Of a DNA stretch of 64,000 nt, positions 14,218-30,090 are shown in pieces (the first letter of the stretch is position 1; the number at the start of each line of letters is the position of its first letter). The stretch spans positions 1,003,680 through 1,067,679 of the forward strand of contig OZ037767.1 of the NCBI GenBank assembly GCA_964035545.1, in the 5' to 3' direction. The position numbers and the translations under genes are program-made. The stretch comes from Bugula neritina. Lineage: Eukaryota > Animalia > Bryozoa. A model generated the notes under the pieces. The model was given only the letters and a program-made list of their open reading frames with translations, ran no database searches and was not told the DNA's origin.

Positions 14218-17200
14218 GTACTACTACTAATACTACTATTGCTACTACTACTAATACTGCTACTACTACTACTACTACTGATACTGCTACTGATACTACT
14301 ATTACTACTATTGAAGGGTCACAGAGGGTACCTGGTCAAACACAGGTAGCTCAGTCCACCATATCCAGGTTCTCCTGTAGGATCTGTGTGGAGAGAAGCC
14401 CTCCGTACACAGCTAGGATATACGCGGCTGGATTTGACCAACACAACCACATATTCCTGGGGGTAAGCACAGCTATGTACACACACTGCTACATCTCATC
14501 ATATCACCCTTACATGTCAGAGTTATCCCCTTACATGTCAGAGTTATCCCCCTTACATGTCAGAGTTATCCCCCTTACATGTCAGAGTTATCCCCCTTAC
14601 ATGTCAGAGTTATCCCCCTTACATGTCAGAGTTATCTCTCTTACATGTCAGAGTTATCTCTCTTGTATTGGCTGTGGTTATCTGCCATGTCCATTCTATC
14701 TTTGTCTGCCATCTCTTTATAATCATCTGTTGAATCATCGACTGCAACTGAGGAAATACTTAACAGACTTTATGAATATATTTGAATATTACACCATCCT
14801 GCCAACCACACTGCTCCAGTGCTCACTCTACTGCTTGTTCCATGTACACTGAATATTTACTGGTCACTCGTATCCTTGCCAACAATGCGTGAACAGACGC
14901 GGGTTGTGCAACGGCACTGAGCTTCCTGTATTGTTGAGCTGTATCAGCTGTTAGCTACAGTAGATGGAGCTGAGTGGAGATTTATTTCCTTGCTTCAATT
15001 TCCTGAACTTGAGTGCTAGGAGCTGATAAATCATGTCAGTTTGACAGTTAGGGCTATGTACTGTGTAGTATGTATTATGTACTGTGTATTATGTACTGTG
15101 TAGTATGTACTGTGTAGTATGTACTGTGTAGTATGTACTGTGTAGTATGTACTGTGTAGTATGTACTGTGTAGTATGTACTGTGTAGTATCTACTGTATA
15201 GTATGTACTGCGTAGTATGTACTGCATAGTATGTAGTGTGTAGTATGTAGTGTGTAGTATGTACTGTGTAGTGTGTACTGTGTAGTGTGTACTGTGTAGT
15301 ATGTACTGTGTAGTATGTACTGTGTAGTATGTACTGTGTAGTATGTACTGCGTAGTATGTACTGCGTAGTGTGTACTGTGTAGTATGTACTGCGTAGTGT
15401 GTACTGCGTAGTATGTACTGCGTAGTATGTACTGTGTAGTGTGTACTGTGTAGTATGTACTGTGTAGTGTGTACTGTGTACTGCATAGTATGTACTGTGT
15501 TTTTGTAATCTCTCTTTCACAAAGGGTATGCTAGAAAGTGCTAATTTAATGTCTATGCTGTCATAGGAGAAGGCGTCCAAGTGGTACAACCAGCGCAACG
15601 AAATAGATGGTCTCACCACCAACGGAGTCCTTCTAACTCACCCCAGGGGGCAATTTGCCGGGAAGGACTGCAGACCAGGTGGGTGTGGGGCAACTACCCA
15701 CAGCTATATTCCCTTCTTATGATTCGTCAGTAAGCTGGTCGTCTCAGTATTGTATGATGTAACTTTAGTATGGAGAGAATATCTCAGTATTGTATGATGT
15801 AACTTTAGTATGGAGAGAATATCTCAGTATTGTATGATGTAACTTTAGGTGTGTGGAGAGAATATCTCAGTATTGTATGATGTAACTTTAGGTGTGTGGA
15901 GAGAATATCTCAGTATTGTATGATGTAACTTTAGGTGTGTGGAGAGAATATCTCAGTATTGTATGATGTAACTTTAGTATGGAGAGAATATCTCAGTATT
16001 GTATGATGTAACTTCAGGTGTGTGGAGAGAATATCTCAGTATTGTATGATGTAACTTTAGGTGTATGGAGAGAATATCTCAGTATTGTATGATGTAACTT
16101 TAGGTGTATGGAGAGAAGTATCTGTAAGGGGCGGCATATACAGTCTACGAGAAACTAGGTCTGTACCTTCAAAAAGTCAGAAAGTTGACTCTGAGTCTAA
16201 TATTTTGATGGACGGGACGCTGATTGACTTGTGTGGTGCAACCCTCATCTGGAGATCTCAAAAAGGTGGGTAAAACTAATGCTACAAATATATACTTTGC
16301 ATACTTGTTAGTGTAAACAGTTACACCTTCTTATATGACTAGAGTATATATTACACCTTCTTATATGACTAGAGTATATATTACACCACTTATATGACTA
16401 GAGTATATATTACTTCTTCTTATATGACTAGAGTATATATTACTTCTTCTTATATGACTAGAGTATATATTACACCTTCTTATATGACTAGAGTATATAT
16501 TACACCACTTATATGACTAGAGTATATATTACACCACTTATAGGACTAGAGTATATATTACACCACTTATATGACTAGAGTATATATTACACCACTTATA
16601 TGACTAGAGTATATATTACACCACTTATATGACTAGAGTATATATTACACCACTTATATGACTAGAGTATATATTACACCACTTATATGACTAGAGTATA
16701 TATTACACCACTTATATGACTAGAGTATATATTACACCACTTATAGGACTGGAACAGGCCCCTCAGATCCACCAGTTGGAGGAGTACATAGAGCAGATCA
16801 ATGCTGCCCGTCCTCAGTGTCCAGTCGGACTCACCACTCTCATGCTGCCGAAACGTAGCGGCAAGATTGACAGGAGCCGGCAGCCGTACGTCTACCTAGC
16901 CTGTGGGCACGTGCACGGCTCACACAGTTGGAAGGGGGACCAGAATTCCACCACCCGCACCTGTCCCATGTGCATGAAGGTGTGTCCCTGGTCGTATCTT
17001 AGACCTCCAGTATTCCTTTGCTCAGTGTAGAGTATTGGAGTTGTGATTCGTCACCTCGTGTTCTGCGTATCATCTTTTATGGTTATCTCAATTTTTTATT
17101 CATGGTTGAATCTTTGAATTTAAACTGCAAATGTTAACCTCTTATTAAAGAATTGATGGCATACTGTGACAATGTCTACCTTTGTATAATGTTGCTGGTT

Positions 17201-17808
17201 GTTGTTATGGCAACGTGAGTTATACTTAAACTGTGCATTATTTGGTACGCTGTAGGAGGGGCCCTTTGTGCAGGTGCAAGTTGGTAGAGAGACTAGTATA
17301 TACACAGACAAACATCCCCTCACCCATATCTTTACACCCTGTGCACATCTTACCTCTGAGAAGACTGCTAGGTACGTATTAGTATATGTGTGTATCTCAT
17401 GTAAGTATTAGTATATGCGTGTATCTTGTGTAAGTGTAGTATTGTATGGTGACACATTTGAAAGGATATATATGACATTGTATGGCCACATTAGGCTATA
17501 TTATCAAATGTAGATAGGCACGCAAGTTTTTCCTTGTTTTTATTATTTAAATTTGAAGCCACCAACCTTCCTGTCATGACTTGCATATTATATGCTGTGA
17601 ATGTGTGTCAGGAGAAGGCAACTCTCAATCTGTTGATTGTTCACTGTGTCCTATTTATAGATACTGGTCATCAGTGGTGATTCCTTACGGTTGCCAGGGG
17701 TTCCGGGCCATGTGCCCGTACTGTGCCACCTCCTTGTCTCCCATGGACTCAGCCACTAAGGCTAATGGCTACATTAAACTTATATTCCAAGACAATACTG
17801 AGTTTTAG
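11058..17808 (+). CDS. PELI: Pellino E3 ubiquitin ligase (FHA core + RING-like domain), 9 coding exons
   Basis: Exons 11058-11380, 11894-12023, 13466-13625, 14317-14462, 15567-15678, 16104-16265, 16747-16979, 17256-17371 and 17661-17808. Motifs: KYGELVVLGYNGSLP, DMFQIGRSSE, STISRFSCRI, RIYAAGFD, DGLTTNGVL, LIDLCGATL, RPQCPVGL, CGHVHG, CPMC, CAH, CPYC, KLIFQ. The start codon is less certain, and a non-coding first exon probably ends at the donor near 6150. Confidence 0.95.
11355..11443 (+). repeat. 28-bp x3 tandem repeat spanning the Pellino exon 1 donor
   Basis: AAGTACGGAGAGCTGGTAGTACTGG(G)|GT repeated, with GTAAGT at 11381, 11409 and 11437. Confidence 0.95.
11640..11900 (+). repeat. 21-bp minisatellite (GTATACACTGTAGCTGTTACT) ending in the Pellino exon 2 acceptor
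   Basis: About 12 copies; the last unit's CTGTAG (11893) is the functional acceptor. Confidence 0.95.
13740..14312. repeat. ~570-bp imperfect (ACT)n trinucleotide tract in Pellino intron 3
   Basis: Produces the poly-Thr, poly-Leu and poly-Val ORFs in the track. Confidence 0.97.
14505..14662. repeat. 21-22-bp minisatellite CCCTTACATGTCAGAGTTATC
   Basis: About 7 copies. Confidence 0.95.
15056..15500. repeat. 14-bp minisatellite GTACTGTGTAGTAT
   Basis: About 30 copies. Confidence 0.95.
15742..16122 (+). repeat. 40/43-bp x9 array spanning the Pellino exon 6 acceptor
   Basis: TCTCAGTATTGTATGATGTAACTTTAG|GTGTRTGGAGAGAATA; the ninth copy runs into coding sequence. Confidence 0.97.
16321..16752 (+). 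repeat. 29/30-bp x15 array spanning the Pellino exon 7 acceptor
   Basis: TTACACCACTTATA(T/G)GACTAGAGTATATA; the last copy is TTACACCACTTATAG|GACTGG. Confidence 0.97.
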
Positions 17809-18462
17809 CCTCAGGTCCACTTTGTACAGAGGGCACACGGAGCACAGGCTATGAATAGGCTTGTTAGCCAATTCCACCAGTATTTTAATGACAAATAACT
17901 CATCAGTAATTCTGTTATTTATTACGAGATAGGCTCTCTTATCTAAAGCAATCGTTACAATGCGGAGAGATAACTCCAATGTGTTCAAATTTGTGAATTC
18001 TTGTCTATATTTAATTTAAAACCATTCCTTTTACTTGTAATGCTATCTATTGTTGATGACTCAGAGCAGGTTAATCGAATGTCTGGGACGTGTTCCTAGC
18101 GCCCCACATTTTTATATCAGTTTTGAAGATATAGGCTGAGCTTTTATATATTAAAATTAATAGTTTTATTTACTTGCAATGTATATTATTTTCTTATTTA
18201 TAATAAAATCTTTAAGGTAATCATTTGAAAATGCAATTAATTTTTTTCACTATTTAACTATATAAAGGATTTATCTCTGCAGTAAGAAAATTACTTTCAT
18301 TTCCACAATGTTACTCTGCAACTATACTACTTTCGGTTATGAAATATACAATATAATAGGTGTCTATCCGCTATCAGCATTTTAGCAAGCTTCTAGTTAC
18401 CATTAAAGGTCAAGGTAATAAATTAGTGTAGTTATAATATCAATGCCCGCTGTACTTCTTTT

Positions 18463-19284
18463 TCAACTTCGTTTCTTCTCTATCTTGCTTTGCTGTATGC
18501 GTCTCTGTGCCTCCGCATTTTCCTTCTTTAGCTGACGAATTCTCTTTTTCTCTTCACGTGTCACTTCTCGTTTGTTGAGGTTGCGAAGTATCGTACGAGT
18601 GAGTAACGCTGTAAACAGGATAGCTGCTTATGAAACTACAGCAATGTGGATGCTAGCAGCATGATTTAATAGAGACAGCGTTGAGATGCCATTAAATAAT
18701 ACACATTATATGTATAATTATATTCAATTGGAAATATTTCTCGCAACCAAAACACTTGAAATAAGATTTGTTTTGTTGTCCTACTACTAGAGACTATATG
18801 ACTCAATAATTAGAAGTTATTTTGATTGCATCAGTATATAATATATGTTTACATATATCACAGTATTCAGAATTATATAAGTATTTTGGTTTGTAGCCAA
18901 GAGAGAAAATAATTATAGAGCTGGACTAAAGGAAGTACAGACATATATTAGTAGTATACACTTACCAAAGAGGAATATCAGTAGAACAGCCGGCACAATC
19001 GTACTCATGACCCACATAAAGTTGTACGTCATGTCGTAGGACTTAGCAGATACAATCTCAGCATACTTATGTTCATACAAAGTTTGTAGCAAGGGTATTT
19101 CGGACACTTCTATAGCCTCCCTCATCTCATTAGAAGCCATTAGTCGTTGGAACTCAGGCTTTTGTAGTACTCTCATGATATCTATGTCACCAATTAGAGG
19201 TTGAAGTAAACTCTTGAATGAATCCTTCCACATGTCCCCATCCTTTAAACCTACTAAGTTATCAAATGCTGCCTTGTCAGCCAT
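18463..19284 (-). CDS. Unrecognised ~154-aa single-pass membrane protein with a basic, coiled-coil-like C-terminal tail, 2 coding exons
   Basis: Exon 19284-18966 (donor G|GTAAGT) joins exon 18608-18463 (acceptor TTTACAG) in phase 1. A hydrophobic segment FMWVMSTIVPAVLLIFLFALLT is followed by REEKKRIRQLKKENAEAQRRIQQSKIEKKRS*. The true N-terminus may lie further upstream. Confidence 0.65.
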
Positions 19285-20139
19285 TCTGAATTGAACGAGA
19301 TAGTTACCTGTAATACTTTAGACACGTCTGCACTGCTCCACCTATCTACAGCTTGTCTTTAGAAAACTAACAGCTGCAGCCATTCCCATGATCCTGTTTG
19401 GAGTTGTGTTGCCTAGTAGTACAAACATAAAGGAATGTTGTCTAATAGTATAATATATCATGCATATGAAATATACTAGTTTCTTTTACTAGTCTTGGAA
19501 TTGCTTAGTCACAACTTTGTCACATTCACGTGTTAATGTTATGTAATATCTAACTACCAGCTTCATTAGTTAGCTGTTCCTACATGGTTTCACAGGCACC
19601 ATTTTCATCTTAAGTAAACTCTTAGAATCTATGTGCTTCTAGTTTATATAGCACTCATGAAAAGAAGACACAAAGCCATATATGCAACTATTTAAAAATT
19701 GTTGAATAGTAAACAATTATCTTCAATATCTTTGCAAATATAATAAATATATAGTTTAATTAGCTTAATTATATATATTATATACTATAACTACTCTCAT
19801 ACCTATTTAAGTATAATATATGCTTGATTTTGATAAAATATAACGAGGAGAGGAAAAACAGCTTTTTTAATTGTATAATGGTGTTATATAATGCTTATTA
19901 TTGGTAGCTCAAGATTTATTATCCTTACAGTGTGTTTTTTTAAATTATCTAGTGTAAGACTCACCAACTTTAGAGATACAAATTTTTTGAGTCCATCACA
20001 AGTTTTTAAAAATTATTAAAGCTGCATGTAATTTATAACAAATGCTAAAAATACATATTATACATTTATATGCAATAATGTGCCGTTTGCTAAAATATTG
20101 TCAACTGCAGAGTTGCCTAACCTTTCACTTACAAAACTA

Positions 20140-20221
20140 AACGCGCTTTTGCGCATGCGTACTCAAAAAATTACCCAAGTCGTCCATTTTTCTTTCTTCC
20201 ATTCTTCATTGTGATGTAAGT
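20140..20221. promoter_or_regulatory. Bidirectional promoter core (orphan gene / DDX39) with an NRF1-type site and the DDX39 non-coding exon
   Basis: TGCGCATGCG at 20150-20159, CCATTTT plus a pyrimidine tract near 20185-20210, donor GTAAGT at 20216, and acceptor TTTTTACAG ending at 20710. Confidence 0.55.
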
Positions 20222-20726
20222 CTTCCTTCGTTGGGTTTTAAAAAGTGTAATAATGCTAAGAGCTATGTGAAATTATTGATTTTTATGATATTATGTGTTT
20301 TTTTATCAATTTTTACTTATTATTATCACCATAACCCAAACTATCACTGTGAGTGTGACACTGACTACGCCATTGCCCATTGGCCATTGCGCATCACTTT
20401 GACTTGCAGTTTCAGTTTCGACTTCCAGTTTCACTGTTTCATGATGGCTTACTCTTGGAGTTACTGTTAATGTTACACTTACTGTTACTCTTCCTTTTAC
20501 TTCTAGTCTTAGACTCAAAGTTAATCTTATCACTATTATTGTAATTATGACTATCGTCTATCGGTATGAGTGGCAGCCTATTGTCATTGACTTTAAGTTT
20601 GACTGTTCTAATTTTATTAATAGTTTAATTTAATTTTGATTTCAGTAAATTTAATTGTTCGCAGTCAAATTGAAATACGGTAAAATGATGAAAATAAATA
20701 ATTTTTACAGAAAAAGGGAACTGAAA

Positions 20727-24317
<3,591 letters not shown>

Positions 24318-27039
24318 AGTTGTCTCCTCTCCATGAATATGAACATGTAGCCACCAGCACTAAAGTATATCGCACACCGGGAAACATGAACATTTGTCTC
24401 TACACTGTATATAGTTTAATTTTACCATTCTTTTTCAACCTTTGCTGATTTTTGTTGTCGACAATAACTGTAAAATAAATGTACTTTATTACTTCAGATA
24501 TTAAAAACTGTTGCACTTTTGTCTGTATTATTCAACAAGGTAACACAGGTTGAATATAAAATTTAATAAATCCTGATGCAGCAAGCTATGAGCCCAACAC
24601 TGTAAGACATATAAAAACTAATAGTGCATTATTACACGAACCACCAGCTGGTGTTGATATCTTATATTACTGTTAACTCATTGGGTTAGTTTCGCTCCCT
24701 CCAGGAAATAGCTGCAATGGCTTATGGGTGTATTTTAGCTGTTCCATGATGCCATACATTTTAAATAAGGGAGTTTCTTGCATTAAACCAATAATTTATC
24801 CTTGTACATATCAATGTTCATAGGATACTAAACTACTCAATTAGTTACAGGGTTTAGACTTCTCACCATGTTAACTTTCAGAAGTCGTGACCTCTTGACT
24901 AAAAGCCTACTTTTGCTTGCAATACCCAACCAATGTGGGAGTTGTGTTACACTGAACAACTTGAGTATTGGTGCAATAATATTTGGCTAATTACCTGCAA
25001 GAACTTTTCAGATGGTCATTAATAATTTAACTTGGCGGAAGTTGACAGATGGGAGGGGGGGGGCACAAGTCAATACAAGTTTTGGGATCAGACGGAATAG
25101 ATGTAGTTTTCTGTCGGTGTTTTCCGGCATTCACTAATTCATCCTTGCAACAATTACTCAGGGCGAGTCTTTCATCTGCTTTGGTCACTTTGCAAGGGAG
25201 ATTAGTTCTACATAGGTTATAGTATAGAATGAAAACACGATAAGAGAAACTGGATATACCTTGTACCATGTTATATTACACAGGCAGTTAAACACAGGTA
25301 TAATGTTCACGTCTCATTGAAAGCCCATGACTACCATTCATTTCTTGAGTTACATCTATCCATCGCGTTTGATCTCCTCGTATTGAGTGATAAAAATCAC
25401 AGTAAGATGAGACTGGATGCAACATAAACACATTGTATTATCGTATTACTCCGTCAGGGCTAGAATGTCATCCCTGCACAAGACCCACGGCGCAGTTGAA
25501 AGCTGAATTATCTGATCTAACTTACTAGACAAAATATGTAATCTGGTTGACCTTCTACATGACTCATATTACAAAGGAGGATAGAATCTTACATTAAATA
25601 CAGTTGTAAGGAAACTCAGAGATGAATGCATTTAGTTCTTCCCTTGCTCTGAATTCGAGAAAGTGATAATTATTATACAGTACTGAATGAAAAGAATTGT
25701 TTGTGGGCTACATAGTTATACACAATGCTATTTTCGAATTTTATTGTCGCCAAATACAACCGTCTTTAAAATTATTATGAAAAGTATTAGTCTATCAGGG
25801 GAAAATGACTTCAATATTTTATTATTAGAACGTGTAAGTTGAGGTGTTACTTAGCAAGTTACACATGTTAGCACAGCATTACATATAATCTAACGTTAAG
25901 TTTCTACTATATTTGCAGGTAAGTAATAATTGGTGTGCATATGAACACTATAACCTTGTGGAATGCTTCATAGAAATGCTGTATGCTTATGTCACACACT
26001 ATAAAAGACTTGAATACAGCTCAAATGTGAATAAAATAAGAAAATACAGTTCTACTATTAACATAAAATCCAACAGTACACAACAACTAAATTTATGGGT
26101 GGATATCAGCAGCAAGTTATTGCAATGGAGAACTGCAGGAATACAGAGATCTAATGAGACGTAGAAACCAATATGAACCAAACAAGTGACAGCAGTGGTT
26201 GCCTGCTGACCCAGAGAGATGGGAGTAAATACTCAATCTACCTTAGATATTCAGTGTTTTTACAATTATCTTCACTACTGTAGAGGCTTCATAGGACACT
26301 TCTAGGTGTAGTAATAGCTTAAGTTCTTTAACTTTCTTCATTGATTTCGGTTTGGGGGTTTGACTAAAACTCTTCCAAGAATGTAACTCATTTAGAGCAA
26401 AGGCTTTACACAAAAGACTCAATTGCCGCACCTCATGAATTAAACTGACTAGTTAAATGAATTGTAAGAAAAACATTTTCAACTCTAACCTAATTCAACT
26501 ATCAATATATACATTATTTTAATGCCTCTAATGTTGTCAGATTTTTTTAATAATGATGCATTAAATTTGACAATGTTTTGTAAATTTTTTTCGTAGTAAA
26601 AGACACTAGACTTGCTTAAATACAAACAGCATATTACGTTATTATAGTTACAATTGCTAGACATACAATTAAAGTGCTTGACAGATAATGGTTATAATTA
26701 TTACAATATAATATTCATCAAACTTTTGGCACCTCTTTGAATCCAGAAATTACCATTATGATAATCTTTCAGTGTTCAATTTTTTAAGCTCTCGATGTTT
26801 TGGCAGGCAAGCAGATGTGGGGAGTGTAATTGAGTGCAGAGTAGGTGTTAGGGCAAAGTGACATGTAGCTCTGGAGTAAATACTGATATACGTGATGATG
26901 TGTATGTCTAATTGAATTCATATTGAAAACAAATGGCTTAATGACAGCCCCTTGACTAATGTATTATTTATACTCGTATGCCATTGACTATCTCAAGAGC
27001 TATTTAGAAAATTAATGGGTTTTGCCAAGGGTTAGTGAT

Positions 27040-27333
27040 GACGTATATTATTCAGCATTGACCAATCACTAATGGGCCCTGCATCTACTCAGCCAATCAG
27101 TGAACGGAGACCTGTCAACCTAGCCAATCACAGGTGTTGATGTTATTGACACTGACACCTCCCATACCTGGCTCCCAGACCCCATTCTTGTCTGCACTAA
27201 TTTTCTGGTCATAAGAATTGAATGTAGGAGTGAATGATGACTACTACTTCAGCTCTCCACTATTAGTAGAATTATCAGCAGTATAACAACTGGGGTCTGA
27301 TACACCAAATACTCACTGGATATATATGTAAGT
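27040..27333 (+). promoter_or_regulatory. Triple CCAAT-box promoter plus non-coding first exon, probably of the isthmin-like gene
   Basis: CCAATCA at 27062, 27093 and 27124 (exact 31-bp spacing), TGACGT near 27039, and donor GTAAGT at 27328. Confidence 0.55.
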
Positions 27334-29695
27334 TTCTGTAATCACTTCTCAGCTGTTTGTTTTTTATGTTGTTTGTTTATATTATATATAGAAAGTATAC
27401 TAATAGTTATACATCAGTCAGATACATGTAGGCTGTTAACATCAGTTCTGTTTTGGACATGAGTTAATGATGTCATGAGGGCATTTGAACTCGCATATTC
27501 TCGCTAATCACTAGTGAAAGATTTACTCTTTCTGTTGTAACAAACGTTTAGAACTCTTTTTGTTTCCTACAAAAGTGCAGGTCACAAGTTGTGAGTTTTT
27601 TGGAGTTTTTTAGAAAACTTTGCTAACAGTTCGTTACCACGAAGTTATAAGAATAAAATACACAGATAACACAAAGCTGTTATAAAAACATAATATGTAG
27701 AATTACTACAATCATTTCTTTCCACCCTTTATGGATGAGGAAGCACTTTGTCTGGTTACAATAAAGATTTCTATACTCACAAAAGCACACCCATACTTCA
27801 ATTCTAGAGCAGGGAAAAGTGCTCATATGAATTGGCTTGTTTGACAAGATTTGTTAAAAGTGCTATGAGAATAGAAAAGTCAATAACATGTGACATTTTA
27901 TGGTAAAATAGTACATAGTGGTTATAAATATAACTATAGTTTAATATTATAGTCTGGTCTGAGCAGCTGTCAGCTAGCGCATGCTCTTACAGTCTCTACA
28001 ATATATTCTATTATATTTTATTATGTTGCAATATTTTCTATGATAATACAAACTCTAAATAATTTATTTGTTATATTGCAATATAATTATTATTATACGT
28101 TCAATAACTTTTATTATAATACAATATTTCATTGCACCGTAATATAATTTATTTTAAATATTGCATCAGATTATATTATATTATTCTAGTCTATTATAAA
28201 TAGGCAATGTAAATGTTATAATAATTATAATTGATTTAAGGGTAAATATATATAGGAATAAGTTCACAATAATGAATTTATTCAAATTAAAAATACTAAG
28301 TTTATATTATATTATATTTATATTATATTAATAGAAAGATTAAGCTTATATAATTAATATACTTTTTAAATTAAAATGTGGCAGACGTTGCATTATGAAG
28401 TAAAAGTAAGTTATTCTTATCTTAAGTACAAGCAATTTGATTTTAAGGTGTCTTTTTAATTTTCATCTTATTTAAATATCCGTTTCACTTAATTTGACTT
28501 TCAACTTAGCAACATTTTGCCTCTCTGCATTAAAAAATAACTTAAGAAGTGCCTTAGCTCAGTCAAAAGCACACACTTACAATGTAGTCTACATTGTTTA
28601 AACTTTAAAGTCCTTCTTACAAATTAAACAGCTTTTTAATTTGAAAATTGGAAAGAAGCCAAGTTTATATTCCACCAGTAACCAGTAGGGTGGTTATAAG
28701 AACTAAATTCTACTTACTACGCTGAAAACTCTTTATAACTCACCCCAGCTAACCTTTTTAACTTACCGTTACACAAAACCAGAATTTCTGAATAAATAAA
28801 CTGGTGAATAATATTTATGAATGAATGCTCAGTGCTATGCAGTTAATTTCTCATTAAATGCGCTATTTGACACAGGAATTCCTAGTAACAACCATTGTTA
28901 AACAAACCATCCAAAGAAACCATGAAAGGAGTTCATGTTATTAATCAAACCCTCGTAGAAATATTTGTCATCCAACTCTGACAACCTGGTTTCTTTGTAA
29001 GACATCAGTTTCTATCTAACATTTAAATAATTAGCCTGCTATATTTTATATATACTGGTTGTATAGTTTAGTAATAACTGTAATTAACTATGCATTTTGC
29101 TTGCTGTTTGACAGGAATTGTGCATAGGCTGGTTTATACTGAATTTGATTCAAGTTAAGGGGCTTCTACTTCGGCTTCCCATAAACATTTCAACAGTTGG
29201 AAACTGATGCCGCTACATTGAATTGTGAAAATTTCTCTGACGTTACATACTTTTTTGGGGGTTTACTGGTTGTCTCTATGTTGAATGACGCAAAGAATAA
29301 ATAGAAAATTTAGCTAGCATTACACAATAGAAATAAAATCGTGTACATAACCAGAGTCATCTCCCTTGCAAGTTCCTGTGTCTATATAAACACAATAACA
29401 TTATAAACTGTGTCACATGAAACCATTTGACTCAACTTGCCATTATTTTGGAAAGTGAGATTGCGAAACATATACAGCTATTTTAAATGCAAGTAGTATT
29501 GTGCAGAGTTATCTCCTCCCCTCTTCCTGCTGATTTAAATTCAATTTTATTTGTCATATATGATGCAGCTTCAATGATATCTAATTACTATATTACCTCT
29601 CTAATATATAATACAGCTCAATATTAACATATCAAGTACTTCCTTCACAAGGCTGGTGTACTCGGACTATGGTCTATATTCTAAGGGCTGACTGG

Positions 29696-29709
29696 GTTAC
29701 CATGGTAAC
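29696..29709. promoter_or_regulatory. Perfect palindromic RFX X-box
   Basis: GTTACCATGGTAAC matches the X-box consensus. Function is untested. Confidence 0.45.
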
Positions 29710-29911
29710 ATCAAGTGTAAACACAGTATGAGAACTACCCTTGACATGTACTATCACAATTTGCAAATCAATATTTCCTCTTTGATCTTGGGCTAATGGG
29801 AAGTTAATTATCTTTTAGAAGTGCTTTTATCTCTAAAAAACCGCCAATGGCTATTGTACGGGCCATTAGGTAATAGATAACTGACCAGTGTCTACCCCGC
29901 CCAATGCCTGG

Positions 29912-30090
29912 GTACTCTACTAAACTCATGTCTAGATACTCTACTAAACTCATGTCTACATACTCTACTAAACTCATGTCTACTCTACTAAACTCATGTC
30001 TAGATACTCTACTAAACTCATATCTAGATACTCTACTAAACTCATGTCTAGATACTCTACTAAACTCATGTCTAGATACTCTACTAAACT
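29912..30090. repeat. 24-bp minisatellite TACTCTACTAAACTCATGTCTAGA
   Basis: About 7.5 copies. Confidence 0.95.

Noticed and set aside
13619-14852. 385-aa signal-peptide + poly-Thr mucin-like ORF fused to a Pellino exon, plus poly-Leu and poly-Val ORFs
   Set aside because: All arise from the intronic (ACT)n tract. Pellino exons 3 and 4 join in phase without it, and Pellino is a cytosolic protein.
15742-16752. Regular 29-43-bp repeats resembling a CRISPR array
   Set aside because: The units are contiguous with no unique spacers, there are no cas genes, and the context is a eukaryotic intron.
24866-25520. Minus-strand exon-like segments and an 80-aa ORF downstream of DDX39
   Set aside because: The best splice-bounded segment has stops in all frames and no recognisable protein. 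It may be lncRNA or TE debris, but this is unsupported.
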